From contig CAZVXT010000001.1 of the NCBI GenBank assembly GCA_964631145.1, forward strand, positions 457,237-521,236: DNA of 64,000 nucleotides. The letters are read 5' to 3'. The DNA is from an uncultured Candidatus Saccharibacteria bacterium. GTDB lineage: Bacteria > Patescibacteriota > Doudnabacteria > UBA920. The position numbers and the translations under genes are program-made. The first letter of the stretch is position 1. Each line of letters begins with the position of its first letter. Shown here in pieces: positions 48,362-59,484 of this stretch. The notes beneath the pieces are model-generated. The model did not search any database, was not told the DNA's origin, and worked only from the letters and a program-made list of their open reading frames with translations.

Positions 48362-49066
48362 TTACTTCAAGACAATTCTGCGAATTAGCTCCCAAACTTT
48401 TGCGTGGATTTTTCCAGGAGATAAAAGCTCTCCGTTTTCTGTGCATTCAACAATTTTAGTATTAGGAATAAGCTCCGCAAGTTCTAGGTAAATTTTCTCA
48501 GCGGTTTTGAGGTGTTCTCTATCTAGTTCGTGGATATCTCTTGGGCGGTTTTGTTCCATCGCTCTTTTTTCAATTAGTTGCCAAGAAATTTCTGCTGGCA
48601 CATGTAATATTATATTGATATCTGGTTTGGGGATTTGAAATATACCGTATTCCAAATTGTCTAACCATTTGTAGTAAGCTAGTCTGTCTTGTAAATTAGG
48701 TATTTTTGCCCCTTGGTGTCCAGCATTGCTAATCATGTATCTGTTAGACAAAACTATGTGTCCTTCATTCAAAAATTTTCTCAGCTTAAAGCTGGCGTCA
48801 TATCTATCTACTGCATAAAAAATGGAAGCAGCTTCGGGTCCAACATCTTCTCCAAAACCACCAGCTAAATACTTTTCTAACATACCAGCTGAGACTGTGT
48901 TGTATTGAGGGAAGTCAAATACTACGCCATTGTAATTATTTTCTGATAAAGTTTGAGCTAACAGTTTGGTTTGCGTAGCCTTACCGCTACCATCTGGTCC
49001 GTCTATTACTATAAATTTTCCTGTTTGTATTTTTGTCTTCTCTGATGATTTTGAAAATATTCCCAT
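48362..49066 (-). CDS. tmk: Thymidylate kinase
   Basis: FIVIDGPDGSGKATQ, FPQY, YAVDR, NRY..SN..HQG, PKPD, DIHE. Confidence 0.9.
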   Translation of the reverse strand: MGIFSKSSEKTKIQTGKFIVIDGPDGSGKATQTKLLAQTLSENNYNGVVFDFPQYNTVSAGMLEKYLAGGFGEDVGPEAASIFYAVDRYDASFKLRKFLNEGHIVLSNRYMISNAGHQGAKIPNLQDRLAYYKWLDNLEYGIFQIPKPDINIILHVPAEISWQLIEKRAMEQNRPRDIHELDREHLKTAEKIYLELAELIPNTKIVECTENGELLSPGKIHAKVWELIRRIVLK

Positions 49067-49081
49067 ATCTTATCTTTCTAG

Positions 49082-49672
49082 TTATTTAAATTTAATCCAC
49101 TGATTATTTTTTACAAAATTTTTATAATACTGAGATGCTTGTGGTTTGGTTGCTCCGTAATACTTACTACCAAGTTGATCTTTGCCATAAGGCACTTCTG
49201 CTTCACTGGTCATTTGTATAAAAGTCATTTGTCCAATTGGCATTTTGTAATACAGCTTAATCGGCATATTGGCTATATTATGAAGCTCTAAAGTAATTTT
49301 TAATTTGTTTCCAGGGTCAATATAACCAGCTGTGGCATGAACGATCAATCCTATTCTGCCAAGGCTAGATTTACCATCTAAATGTCCTACGATGTCATTA
49401 GCTAGTCCAATTGTTTCGTATGTCATACCAAGAGCAAATTCCCCCGGGTGCAATATGAACTGAGTTTTTTCATCAATTTTTACTTCTTTCATCATATCGT
49501 CTACTGGGAGTTTTGGATCTATAACAATATGCTTAGAAGATTCAAAAATTAGAAAATCTGCCCCTAAATGCACATCAACGCTGGCTGGTTGGATTGCATT
49601 AGGAAAAATTGGATCAATTAAGATTCTCCCATCTTTTAAGGACTTTTTGATATCTTGGTCAGAAAAAATCAT
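49082..49672 (-). CDS. dcd: dCTP deaminase
   Basis: SD.DI, IQPASVD..L, LHPGEF.L, GKSSLGRIGL.VHATAGYIDPG, TLEL.N, IGQ, SKY. Confidence 0.95.
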   Translation of the reverse strand: MIFSDQDIKKSLKDGRILIDPIFPNAIQPASVDVHLGADFLIFESSKHIVIDPKLPVDDMMKEVKIDEKTQFILHPGEFALGMTYETIGLANDIVGHLDGKSSLGRIGLIVHATAGYIDPGNKLKITLELHNIANMPIKLYYKMPIGQMTFIQMTSEAEVPYGKDQLGSKYYGATKPQASQYYKNFVKNNQWIKFK

Positions 49673-49827
49673 AAAATATTTTAGTTACTATGACTATTTT
49701 ACTATAAGTAGCACTTGCTCACAAACCATCAAATTTAAGGAGTTTTGGCAAAAATAAGCTAGCTATCCCCAATTTAAAAATGATTAAAATAAAAAAGCAA
49801 AGGAATTCCTTTGCTGTAAATTATAAG

Positions 49828-50439
49828 CTACCAGACAAGTTTTGGATTTGCTTTTTCATTTATTAATTTCCGCATTTTAAGACGGGCTTTGTGGAGTTGA
49901 GATTTAGAAGTCCCTAACGAACATCCTAAAATTTTTGCAACTTCAGAGTGCTCATATCCTTCAACATCATGTAATACAAAAACATTTCTGTAGCCTTCCG
50001 GTAGTTGTGATATGGCTTTATCTAGGGATATTTTTTCAATTAATGGCATGTTAAATCTTTTGCTAGCATCAATTTTAAATTTAATCCATTCCTCGCCTTT
50101 TTCTGTAGTCTCTTTTTTAACCACTCGTTTTCTAAAGTGCATTAATACTTGGTTAACAGTCATTCTGTGTAACCATGTAGTAAATTCGGATTTTCCCGCA
50201 AAAGTATGAATCTTTCTGTGAAGCTGTATAAATACATCTTGCGTTAGGTCCTCGGCTTCATGTGTGTTTTGTAGCATTCTTAAACACAAACTATAAACTC
50301 TTGGTCTATGCCTTTCGTATAAAGTTTCAAAAGCTTTAGTATTATTTGAAGCAGATGCAGCTAATACTTTATCATTTTCTTCGTTTAAGCTACCTATGCT
50401 AACTTCGGTTACGCTAGTATCAGTTAAGAAACTTTTCAT
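49828..50439 (-). CDS. ECF (sigma70 group 4) RNA polymerase sigma factor
   Basis: Region 2 [16 protein letters not shown]...[22 protein letters not shown]; region 4 [34 protein letters not shown]. Confidence 0.95.
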   Translation of the reverse strand: MKSFLTDTSVTEVSIGSLNEENDKVLAASASNNTKAFETLYERHRPRVYSLCLRMLQNTHEAEDLTQDVFIQLHRKIHTFAGKSEFTTWLHRMTVNQVLMHFRKRVVKKETTEKGEEWIKFKIDASKRFNMPLIEKISLDKAISQLPEGYRNVFVLHDVEGYEHSEVAKILGCSLGTSKSQLHKARLKMRKLINEKANPKLVW

Positions 50440-50444
50440 ATAAA

Positions 50445-50497
50445 AACCTCCTAGATAGAATTTTAAGTATTATAAAGATTTATCTTACATCTGTCAA
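50445..50497 (-). promoter_or_regulatory. Consensus sigma70 promoter and GGAGG RBS of the ECF gene
   Basis: Minus strand TTGACA(50497-50492)-17 nt-TATAAT(50474-50469)...AGGAGG-TTTTTAT-ATG. Confidence 0.8.
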
Positions 50498-50547
50498 ATT
50501 TGATGTAAAATAAAAAACATCCATTTAAGGATGTTTTTAAATAAAAT

Positions 50548-51228
50548 TTATTTGAATTTGATACCAGGACCCATTGTGCTATTTAAGCTTGTCCCAATAA
50601 TAAATTGCTTTTTAACTGCAGATGGTTTTGCTGCATGTACAGAATCCATAAAAGACTTTAAGTTTTCTTGCAATTGTTCTTTTGTAAAATTGGTTTTACC
50701 AATTGCTTGATGGATATTACCAGAACTGTCATTTTTGTAGTTAACTTTACCGCCCGCAATTTCTTTAACTGCTGCTGAAATATTCTCTGATACGGTTCCA
50801 TTTTTTGGATTTGGCATCAAACCCCTAGTTCCCAAAATCTTAGCAATTTGAGCCAATTTTGGCATCATAGCAGGTTCTGCTACTGCTACATCGAAGTCAG
50901 TTTTACCAGTTTCTTTAATTTGCTTAATCAGCTCTTCACCACCTACAACGGTAGCACCTGCAGCTTTAGCCTCTGCTTCTTTGCTTTCGCTAACAAAAGC
51001 AGCAATTTTTTTAGTCTTACCAGTACCGTGAGGTAGGGTTACAGAACCGCGAATAGCTTGATCTGTTTTCTTTACTTCAATTGCTGTTCTTACATGAACT
51101 TCAACAGAACCAGTAAACTTAGAGTTAGCTGTTTGTAAAGCCAAATCAATTGCTTCTTCTGGTGTGTAAACTTTATCTTTATCCACTAATGCATTATTTG
51201 CTTTGTGACGTTTTGATATATGTGACAT
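50548..51228 (-). CDS. rplA: 50S ribosomal protein L1
   Basis: KF..SVEVH, DQ.IRG.V.LPHGTGK, A.GA..VG, LG.RGLMPNPK.GTV, STMGPG. Confidence 0.97.
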   Translation of the reverse strand: MSHISKRHKANNALVDKDKVYTPEEAIDLALQTANSKFTGSVEVHVRTAIEVKKTDQAIRGSVTLPHGTGKTKKIAAFVSESKEAEAKAAGATVVGGEELIKQIKETGKTDFDVAVAEPAMMPKLAQIAKILGTRGLMPNPKNGTVSENISAAVKEIAGGKVNYKNDSSGNIHQAIGKTNFTKEQLQENLKSFMDSVHAAKPSAVKKQFIIGTSLNSTMGPGIKFK

Positions 51229-51239
51229 ATTTTCCTTTC

Positions 51240-51270
51240 GTGGTAATCGTTTGCTTTAACAAACTCCCAC
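51240..51270 (-). promoter_or_regulatory. Putative L1-binding autoregulatory leader hairpin
   Basis: Minus strand GTGGGAG-TTTG-TTAAAG-CAAAC-GATTACCAC just before the rplA RBS; the GUGGGAG...ACCAC frame is typical of L1 operator sites. Confidence 0.6.
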
Positions 51271-51282
51271 AAATTAATTAAT

Positions 51283-51606
51283 TTAACTATTATTTGATTC
51301 GATCTGAAGGATTAGTCTATCTTTTAAATCTTCAAATAATTCTTTTCCATCACCTGTGTTACCAGGATTATTTAAAAAGTACTGTGAAGTGATATTCTCA
51401 AATTGAGAATAAGCATTAGGTCCAATAAGTTTTTCTTTATACCCAGGACGATTTTTGCAAAAATCTTCAAACATAGATATTAAGTTATTGTAAACTTGAA
51501 TATCGTTAGTTCGTTGTTCTTTTGCTTTGCATTGTTCTAAAAAAGAAATAATATTGATACTGTCATCCAGCATTTCTGGACTAAATGATCTTTCAGCGTT
51601 ATTCAT
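51283..51606 (-). CDS. Hypothetical protein
   Basis: 107-aa ORF, 2 bp from the upstream gene. Confidence 0.6.
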   Translation of the reverse strand: MNNAERSFSPEMLDDSINIISFLEQCKAKEQRTNDIQVYNNLISMFEDFCKNRPGYKEKLIGPNAYSQFENITSQYFLNNPGNTGDGKELFEDLKDRLILQIESNNS

Positions 51607-51608
51607 TC

Positions 51609-51974
51609 TTATGCTTCTTTTCTAGCAAGCTTCCAGTGATAATAAAATACTGGGCTAGCTACAATTATCATTGCTAATGCTTGTGCAGCGTCTTGCTGCT
51701 TTTGAGCTGTTTTGCGTTCTTTTTCTTCCGCTAACTGCTTGGCTTGATATTCAGGGTTGTTGCAATTTGGATCTTGTGGAAGTACTGTACCATCGGTATT
51801 TTTTACTTCAGCACACATTAATTGCGGGCTGTAATAACTATTGTTATCAGCTTTAGTTAAGATCCAAGTTTTTAGTCCGAGATTTATAAGGATAATCCCT
51901 GCTACAACTAAAATAACTAATGAGATTAGTGAAACCATATATAGGTACACTGTTTTGATCCATGATAGGTTCAT
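51609..51974 (-). CDS. DUF5671-like two-TM membrane protein
   Basis: IKTVYLYMVSLISL, A.ALAMIIVASPVFYYHW. Confidence 0.75.
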   Translation of the reverse strand: MNLSWIKTVYLYMVSLISLVILVVAGIILINLGLKTWILTKADNNSYYSPQLMCAEVKNTDGTVLPQDPNCNNPEYQAKQLAEEKERKTAQKQQDAAQALAMIIVASPVFYYHWKLARKEA

Positions 51975-51977
51975 TTT

Positions 51978-52751
51978 TTATTTGTTAATATTTTCGCTAT
52001 CTATAAAGTTTTTTATATTTTTTATAGTGCTCATAAATTGAGCGGGAAAAATAATTGTAGAATTTTTCTCAATAGAAATTTCTGCCATTGTTTGCAGATT
52101 TCTAAGTTGCAAGGCTATTGGATGCTGTGCCATAACATCAGCAGTTTCAGCCAATTTTTGAGAAGCTAAAAATTCTCCTTCAGCAGAAATAATTTTTGCT
52201 CTTTTCTCTCTTTCGGCTTCAGCTTGTTTTGCCATGGCTCTTTGCATGCCTTCTGGCAATTCAATATCTTTAATCTCAACTACTGGTACTAAAACTCCCC
52301 AAGGTTCTGTATGTGTATCCAAAACTTTGGTGATTTCGTTATTAATAGTTTCTCGTTCAGATAGAATTTCATCTAGCTGAAACTTCCCTACTATATTTCT
52401 GACAGATGTTTGGGCAATTTGGTCAATTGCTCTACGGACATCTTCTATCGCAATTATAGATTTGATCGGATCTGTGATTCTGTAATACGCAACTGCAGAA
52501 ACGTCCACCGAAACATTATCTTTTGTGATAATTTTTTGGGGAGGAATAGGTAGGGTTACAGTGCGAAGATCAATCTTTTTAACCCATTCTATATAAGGAA
52601 TTATCCAAGATAATCCTGGCTTTTTTTGTCCGACTATTTTACCTAGCCTAAAGACTACGCCTTCTTGGTATTGTTGTATGATTCGTAGTCCCGGTAGGAC
52701 TATGAAAATTATTATACCTAACACCAGGAAGAACAATATTATGAAAATCAT
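51978..52751 (-). CDS. SPFH/stomatin-like (slipin) protein
   Basis: GVVFRLGK, PGL..IIP, DLR, ITKDNV.V.V.AV, AMAKQAEAEREKRAKII.AEGE, ALQLR.LQT. Confidence 0.94.
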   Translation of the reverse strand: MIFIILFFLVLGIIIFIVLPGLRIIQQYQEGVVFRLGKIVGQKKPGLSWIIPYIEWVKKIDLRTVTLPIPPQKIITKDNVSVDVSAVAYYRITDPIKSIIAIEDVRRAIDQIAQTSVRNIVGKFQLDEILSERETINNEITKVLDTHTEPWGVLVPVVEIKDIELPEGMQRAMAKQAEAEREKRAKIISAEGEFLASQKLAETADVMAQHPIALQLRNLQTMAEISIEKNSTIIFPAQFMSTIKNIKNFIDSENINK

Positions 52752-52818
52752 ATTTATATGATTAATGATTAAATTAACAAAGCTAATTTAATATATTTTG
52801 TCTATAAGGGTTTTATAG

Positions 52819-53247
52819 TTAATCAATTACGTCAACACCCATAGAACGAGCTGTGCCGCGGATGATTAATTCTGCAGCTGCTAAATCAACAGCGTTAAGG
52901 TCTGGCATTTTCTTCTCTGCAATTTCTGTAACTTGTGCAGCGGTAATTTTTGCAACTTTAGTTGTAAGTGGATTTCCTGATCCTTTAGCAATTCCTGCAG
53001 CTTTCATTATAAGGTTAGAAGCAGGAGGTGTTTTAAGGATAAATGTAAATGAACGATCTTCGTAGATGGTCATTAAAACTGGGATGATAATATCTCCCAT
53101 TGGACCAGTTTGGTCATTAAATTGCTTGGTAAAATCGGCAATGTTAATACCGTGGGGTCCAAGAGCAGTACCTACGGGAGGTGCTGGGGTCGCTTTTCCA
53201 GCTGGTAGCTGAAGCTTGACTATAGCTTTGACTTTTTTTGCAGCCAT
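52819..53247 (-). CDS. rplK: 50S ribosomal protein L11
   Basis: [21 protein letters not shown]...FN..T, RSFTF.LKTPP, KMPDLNA, GTARSMG. Confidence 0.98.
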   Translation of the reverse strand: MAAKKVKAIVKLQLPAGKATPAPPVGTALGPHGINIADFTKQFNDQTGPMGDIIIPVLMTIYEDRSFTFILKTPPASNLIMKAAGIAKGSGNPLTTKVAKITAAQVTEIAEKKMPDLNAVDLAAAELIIRGTARSMGVDVID

Positions 53248-53423
53248 GTATTTGAGTAGTATCCTTCTTAGGGACGAGACGGCAAACGTATTTGCCAGCC
53301 AACTACTTATTAATAATTTACCTATATTTTAGTATATTTCAGTTATTTTGACAAGAGTTGATAATTTTAGTTTTATATGGTATAATTTATTAAAATTTGA
53401 ATTTTTAGGAGGAAGAAAAATAG

Positions 53424-53840
53424 ATGAAAATTATACTTTTGATGTGTCTATTATTTTTATTAAACGGGTTAATATCTCTGTATTTACTACCGATAATCAG
53501 ATATAAAATTTATTGGCATAGATATACCTATTACCAACATTCAAATGATATGTATTTTGATAAAAAATATGAATTTGGCAATTTCTGCTTAGCCATTCTG
53601 TTTCCTTATCAATTTTTTGATGGCGACAAATTAAGTAGTTTTAGCTATTCGTTTGGAGGTGGCGAAATTTCTAATTACAACAATTACGCAGATATGAAGA
53701 AATCATTTAATTCTGAAAATGTTGTAATATGGTATTTATTTTCCGTAAGTTATTTTCTATCTTGCTTGTTATGGGCATCATTTGCATTTGTATTCATAAA
53801 AACAGCTAAAGTTGTTGCTAAGTTACTTTATGCATCTTAA
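53424..53840 (+). CDS. Hypothetical membrane protein (orphan cassette; paralog of 54795)
   Basis: TTGATA-17-TATAAT (53358-53386), GGAGG 53408-53412, terminator 53846-53873. Confidence 0.7.
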   Translation: MKIILLMCLLFLLNGLISLYLLPIIRYKIYWHRYTYYQHSNDMYFDKKYEFGNFCLAILFPYQFFDGDKLSSFSYSFGGGEISNYNNYADMKKSFNSENVVIWYLFSVSYFLSCLLWASFAFVFIKTAKVVAKLLYAS

Positions 53841-53872
53841 ACAGTAAAGACGGATTAAAAATCCGTCTTTTT

Positions 53873-54418
53873 TTATGCTTTTTTAACTTGTAGAAAATCC
53901 AATTCAACTGGTGTTTCGCGTCCAAAGATTGTTACAAATACTTTTAGCTTGCCTTTGTCTTGATCGATTTCTGCAATTTTACCTTCATAGTCTTTAAAAG
54001 GACCATCTGTGATTGTAACCATCTCCCCTGCTGTATAATCGACTTGGAATTTTGGCTCTTCTGTTCCCATGCGCTTTTGAAGATAGCTCCATTCTTCAAT
54101 AGATACTGGAGTAGGGATAGTACCACTGCCCACAAAACCTGTTACGTTAGGGGTGTTTCGAACTACATACCAAGAGTCATCTGTTACTATCATGTTTACC
54201 AAAACATAACCTGGGAAGATTTTTTCTTCAATAGTAGAACGCTTACCATCTTTGATTTTTACCTTTTTTTCTTTAGGTACAATAGCATCAAAGATTTTGT
54301 CTTGCATATTTAAGTTTTCGATACGCTGCTTTAAGTTGAAAGCAACGCTATCTTCGTACCCACTGTAAGTGTGAAGTACATACCAGTTTTTTTCGCCGGT
54401 AACTTGTTGTTTAGACAT
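53873..54418 (-). CDS. nusG: Transcription termination/antitermination factor NusG
   Basis: WYVLHTYSGYE, FPGYVLV.M, VRNTPNVTGFVG, KOW GPF, IFGRETPVEL.F.QV. Confidence 0.98.
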   Translation of the reverse strand: MSKQQVTGEKNWYVLHTYSGYEDSVAFNLKQRIENLNMQDKIFDAIVPKEKKVKIKDGKRSTIEEKIFPGYVLVNMIVTDDSWYVVRNTPNVTGFVGSGTIPTPVSIEEWSYLQKRMGTEEPKFQVDYTAGEMVTITDGPFKDYEGKIAEIDQDKGKLKVFVTIFGRETPVELDFLQVKKA

Positions 54419-54443
54419 ATTATTTATTAAGAATACTCAATAA

Positions 54444-54626
54444 TTATTTTAGTATTGCTTCAAAGCCCTTTAGTAAGCCGTAGTCAGCAGCACCCAAAAT
54501 ACCTGCTACAACCAAAGAGAAAACAATCACAGTAACGGTGTAACGGATAGTATCATATCTTGATGGCCAAATTACTTTACGCAATTCTGCCAAAACATCT
54601 TTAAAAAATTGTATAATTTTAGACAT
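54444..54626 (-). CDS. secE: Preprotein translocase subunit SecE
   Basis: ELRKVIWPSR..T...T..VI, D; upstream of nusG. Confidence 0.95.
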   Translation of the reverse strand: MSKIIQFFKDVLAELRKVIWPSRYDTIRYTVTVIVFSLVVAGILGAADYGLLKGFEAILK

Positions 54627-54794
54627 ATTTTATTAAGCTTTGCTATATTCGCATTCGCTTTATTAAAAAATAAGTTTTTTTAAAACCCCTTCCGGGATTT
54701 GCTTATATTATACTAGATTTAATTTGAATATGTCAAATTATTGACAGAACGTAGTATTAATTATATAGTTATAAAAATTTCTGAGGAGGAAAAT

Positions 54795-55325
54795 ATGGAA
54801 GATTATTACCAATATACTTTTTTGATTTTAACTAGTTTAATAGGAATCGCACTCAATGGCTTTATTGGACTTTCGGTTATACCTCGTTTAAGATGGTTTG
54901 TGTTAGTAAAATTGTCAGATAAGGTTAATACTTTTGAAAGCAAACTTAGTTTTTGGGATAAATTTGTTATTTTATTTTTATTCCCAGTCAATTCTTACAG
55001 TATTTTATTGGATTGTGAAGAATTAGCAAAAATTAAAAATTTTTGCCTAAATAAATATTTAGATGCAAACACTTACGATGATTTTAAAAATATGCATAAC
55101 ATACTTGGAAAAGCTGTTGCTTATATATTTGCGTTTCCGACCTACTTATTTTTATTGCTAGTAGTTTCCCCTATTTGTTGGTTATTTGTATATATTATCA
55201 TTTCCTTAGATTGGACGATCAAGTTAATCGGCAATTTTTTATCCAGTTTTGGATTTAAATTTACGTTTAGATTTGATCAGAGTATTTTAAGTAAACAAAA
55301 TTTGCAAAAAGAAAAAGAAAAATAA
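54795..55325 (+). CDS. Hypothetical membrane protein (orphan cassette; paralog of 53424)
   Basis: TTGACA-17-TATAGT (54741-54769), GGAGG 54785-54789, ATG 54795. Confidence 0.7.
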   Translation: MEDYYQYTFLILTSLIGIALNGFIGLSVIPRLRWFVLVKLSDKVNTFESKLSFWDKFVILFLFPVNSYSILLDCEELAKIKNFCLNKYLDANTYDDFKNMHNILGKAVAYIFAFPTYLFLLLVVSPICWLFVYIIISLDWTIKLIGNFLSSFGFKFTFRFDQSILSKQNLQKEKEK

Positions 55326-55417
55326 TTTTGCATATTTTTTAAATCTTATATTTAAGTGTTGGTAATTCCAACACTTTAATAAAAACACTTTGTACAAAAT
55401 ACAAAGTGCTTATTATT

Positions 55418-57502
<2,085 letters not shown>

Positions 57503-57626
57503 TCAATATTTAAAGGATTATTTAGTACTTATATTTTACCATAACCACGCAGGTTTTTATACTTGACAATACATGCATTTTATGATAAAATATAATGGTT
57601 TTTTAAAAATTATTTCGGAGGAAATT

Positions 57627-57974
57627 ATGTACCCATATGATGATAAGTTATTAGAAAAAATGAAAAAGACAGATCGTTGTAAATTTTATTTTTGTAATAA
57701 GTTAAAAATAAATTTCTTTGTGATTGACTATTTCCCTCAAGGAGATGTGCATGTTGAAAAAATACCAGCCCTGGTCGCAAACATGAAAAATGTAGAAAAT
57801 ATAGCTCATGATTTCTGTGAAGCAACAGGATTTGATTTTTCAACTATGAATATCTCAATAATCAAACAATCTCACTTTATGAAAGATTTTAAAGTTTTAT
57901 GGTCTTCTACTAAAGATCAAATCCCTTTTAATAAATCTCTTGAGGTTGATGGCTTTTGGGAGTATGTAAAATAA
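57627..57974 (+). CDS. Hypothetical protein (orphan cassette 1 of the gyrB-pheS array)
   Basis: TTGACA-17-TAAAAT (57563-57591), GGAGG 57617-57621, terminator 57978-58001. Confidence 0.7.
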   Translation: MYPYDDKLLEKMKKTDRCKFYFCNKLKINFFVIDYFPQGDVHVEKIPALVANMKNVENIAHDFCEATGFDFSTMNISIIKQSHFMKDFKVLWSSTKDQIPFNKSLEVDGFWEYVK

Positions 57975-58068
57975 GGTAAAGCGGCAAATAACCGCTTTTT
58001 TATTTTATGCATTGTTGACATGCTTGGTCAAAATTGGTTAAATATAAAAAATATTTCGGAGGAAAATT

Positions 58069-58578
58069 ATGTCAGATAAAAAAGATAAACCGCATATTAT
58101 TTATGATAAATATAGCAATCTAGAAGATTGTAGTGTTTCTGTTGATAGTAATCTAGAACTTGCAGAGTATTTGACTTTGAAACCTGGTGTTAACATTTCT
58201 TTATTAATAAGTGAAGAGATTAGTGGCGAGCCGATCTGTTATATAGATCTGTTTGAGACTAGTAAAAATAATTTAAGTGAAGATGAGGGTTATTTGCAAA
58301 TTAAAATGAAAGATTTGGTTAATGTAAATTTATTTCCTCATCGGCTATTATTGGATATAAATTCGTATTTCGATGCACCTGGAGCAATAGAGACCTGGCT
58401 TGCATCCTGCATCCAAGATTATTTTAAAAATTATTCTAAAATTATAGTTAAACTTTACGATGCTAGCTTTTATCAAATTATTTTAAAAATTGGCGAATAT
58501 GAAATTTCTAGCGACAAAATTGAAACAAAAATTTTAGCTCAATTTTTTGAAATTGATAGAGAACGGTATTTTTCTTAA
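58069..58578 (+). CDS. Hypothetical acidic protein (orphan cassette 2)
   Basis: TTGACA 58015-58020, ATTTCGGAGGAAAATTATG leader, terminator 58588-58617. Confidence 0.7.
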   Translation: MSDKKDKPHIIYDKYSNLEDCSVSVDSNLELAEYLTLKPGVNISLLISEEISGEPICYIDLFETSKNNLSEDEGYLQIKMKDLVNVNLFPHRLLLDINSYFDAPGAIETWLASCIQDYFKNYSKIIVKLYDASFYQIILKIGEYEISSDKIETKILAQFFEIDRERYFS

Positions 58579-58587
58579 TCTATAACA

Positions 58588-58617
58588 AAAGCCTAACAAA
58601 TGTTAGGCTTGTTTTTT
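58588..58617. repeat. 30-bp direct repeat (terminator hairpin), copy 1
   Basis: AAAGCCTAACAAATGTTAGGCTTGTTTTTT, identical to 59455-59484. Confidence 0.9.
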
Positions 58618-58693
58618 ATCAATTTTTACATTTGACAAATTTGTATATTTATGATAAAATAATATAGTTTTCAAAATTTCATTGGAGGAAAGT

Positions 58694-59104
58694 ATGATGT
58701 TTAAAAAATCTATTCGAGTTATTTTGTCATTTGGTTTGTTGGGGTTGTTTTTGCCAAGCTTTTTGTATTTATACATAAACAATAAGATTGAGTTAAGAAC
58801 AGCCGGACAAATTTATGGTGTTTTGTTACTCACCGTATTTTATATCGGTTTGATGTATGTGTTTATTACAAATGCCTTCAAAACTTCACAACAGGCTAAG
58901 TGGATTCTTTCTTTTTCAGTAGGATTAAATTTATGCCCTATTGGAACTGTTACCACTGTTGCAGGATTAGTTTTATTTGTAATGGGTCAGGTTTATGCGC
59001 CTTTGGTGGTGTTGCTTGGACAAGTTATTTTGATCCCAGCATGTCTTGCCCTTGTTAATAGGGGCTTTATACCAAATGTGTTAAATAGATATTTATACAA
59101 TTAG
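58694..59104 (+). CDS. Hypothetical 4-TM membrane protein (orphan cassette 3)
   Basis: TTGACA-17-TAAAAT (58632-58660), GGAGG 58684-58688. Confidence 0.7.
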   Translation: MMFKKSIRVILSFGLLGLFLPSFLYLYINNKIELRTAGQIYGVLLLTVFYIGLMYVFITNAFKTSQQAKWILSFSVGLNLCPIGTVTTVAGLVLFVMGQVYAPLVVLLGQVILIPACLALVNRGFIPNVLNRYLYN

Positions 59105-59131
59105 GTCTAACCTAAAACAGAGGATAAATCT

Positions 59132-59440
59132 ATGAAAAGAATAATGTGTTTAAGTATTTTTATTTTGACTTTTTCTTTAAGTGTTGTTCTCGGACAAGCT
59201 CGTAATACCACTGCTTCAGAAGCTTCTGATCAATATATATTGATAGCTCGATTAGTTAAAAGCAATGAATTACTTAAAGAACAAGTTAAATCTTTGCAGA
59301 GTCAAATTGATATGTGCGCTGTTGAAGCTTGCCATCAGAACGATGATGAAAATATAACGTCAGCCTTTAATGTAGGCATGGCTTTTGGATTATTGGCAGG
59401 GCTGCTTATATATATCTTGTATAGAATATTTCTCACTTAA
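59132..59440 (+). CDS. Hypothetical small protein: signal peptide, coiled coil, C-terminal TM
   Basis: GAGG RBS; MKRIMCLSIFIL..., heptad segment, GMAFGLLAGLLIYILY. Confidence 0.65.
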   Translation: MKRIMCLSIFILTFSLSVVLGQARNTTASEASDQYILIARLVKSNELLKEQVKSLQSQIDMCAVEACHQNDDENITSAFNVGMAFGLLAGLLIYILYRIFLT

Positions 59441-59454
59441 TTGAAGAGAATATT

Positions 59455-59484
59455 AAAGCCTAACAAATGTTAGGCTTGTTTTTT
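59455..59484. repeat. 30-bp direct repeat (terminator hairpin), copy 2, at the PheRS stop codon
   Basis: Identical to 58588-58617. Confidence 0.9.

Noticed and set aside
54627-54740. tRNA-Trp expected upstream of secE
   Set aside because: No cloverleaf or TTCGA/T-loop motif found in this spacer.
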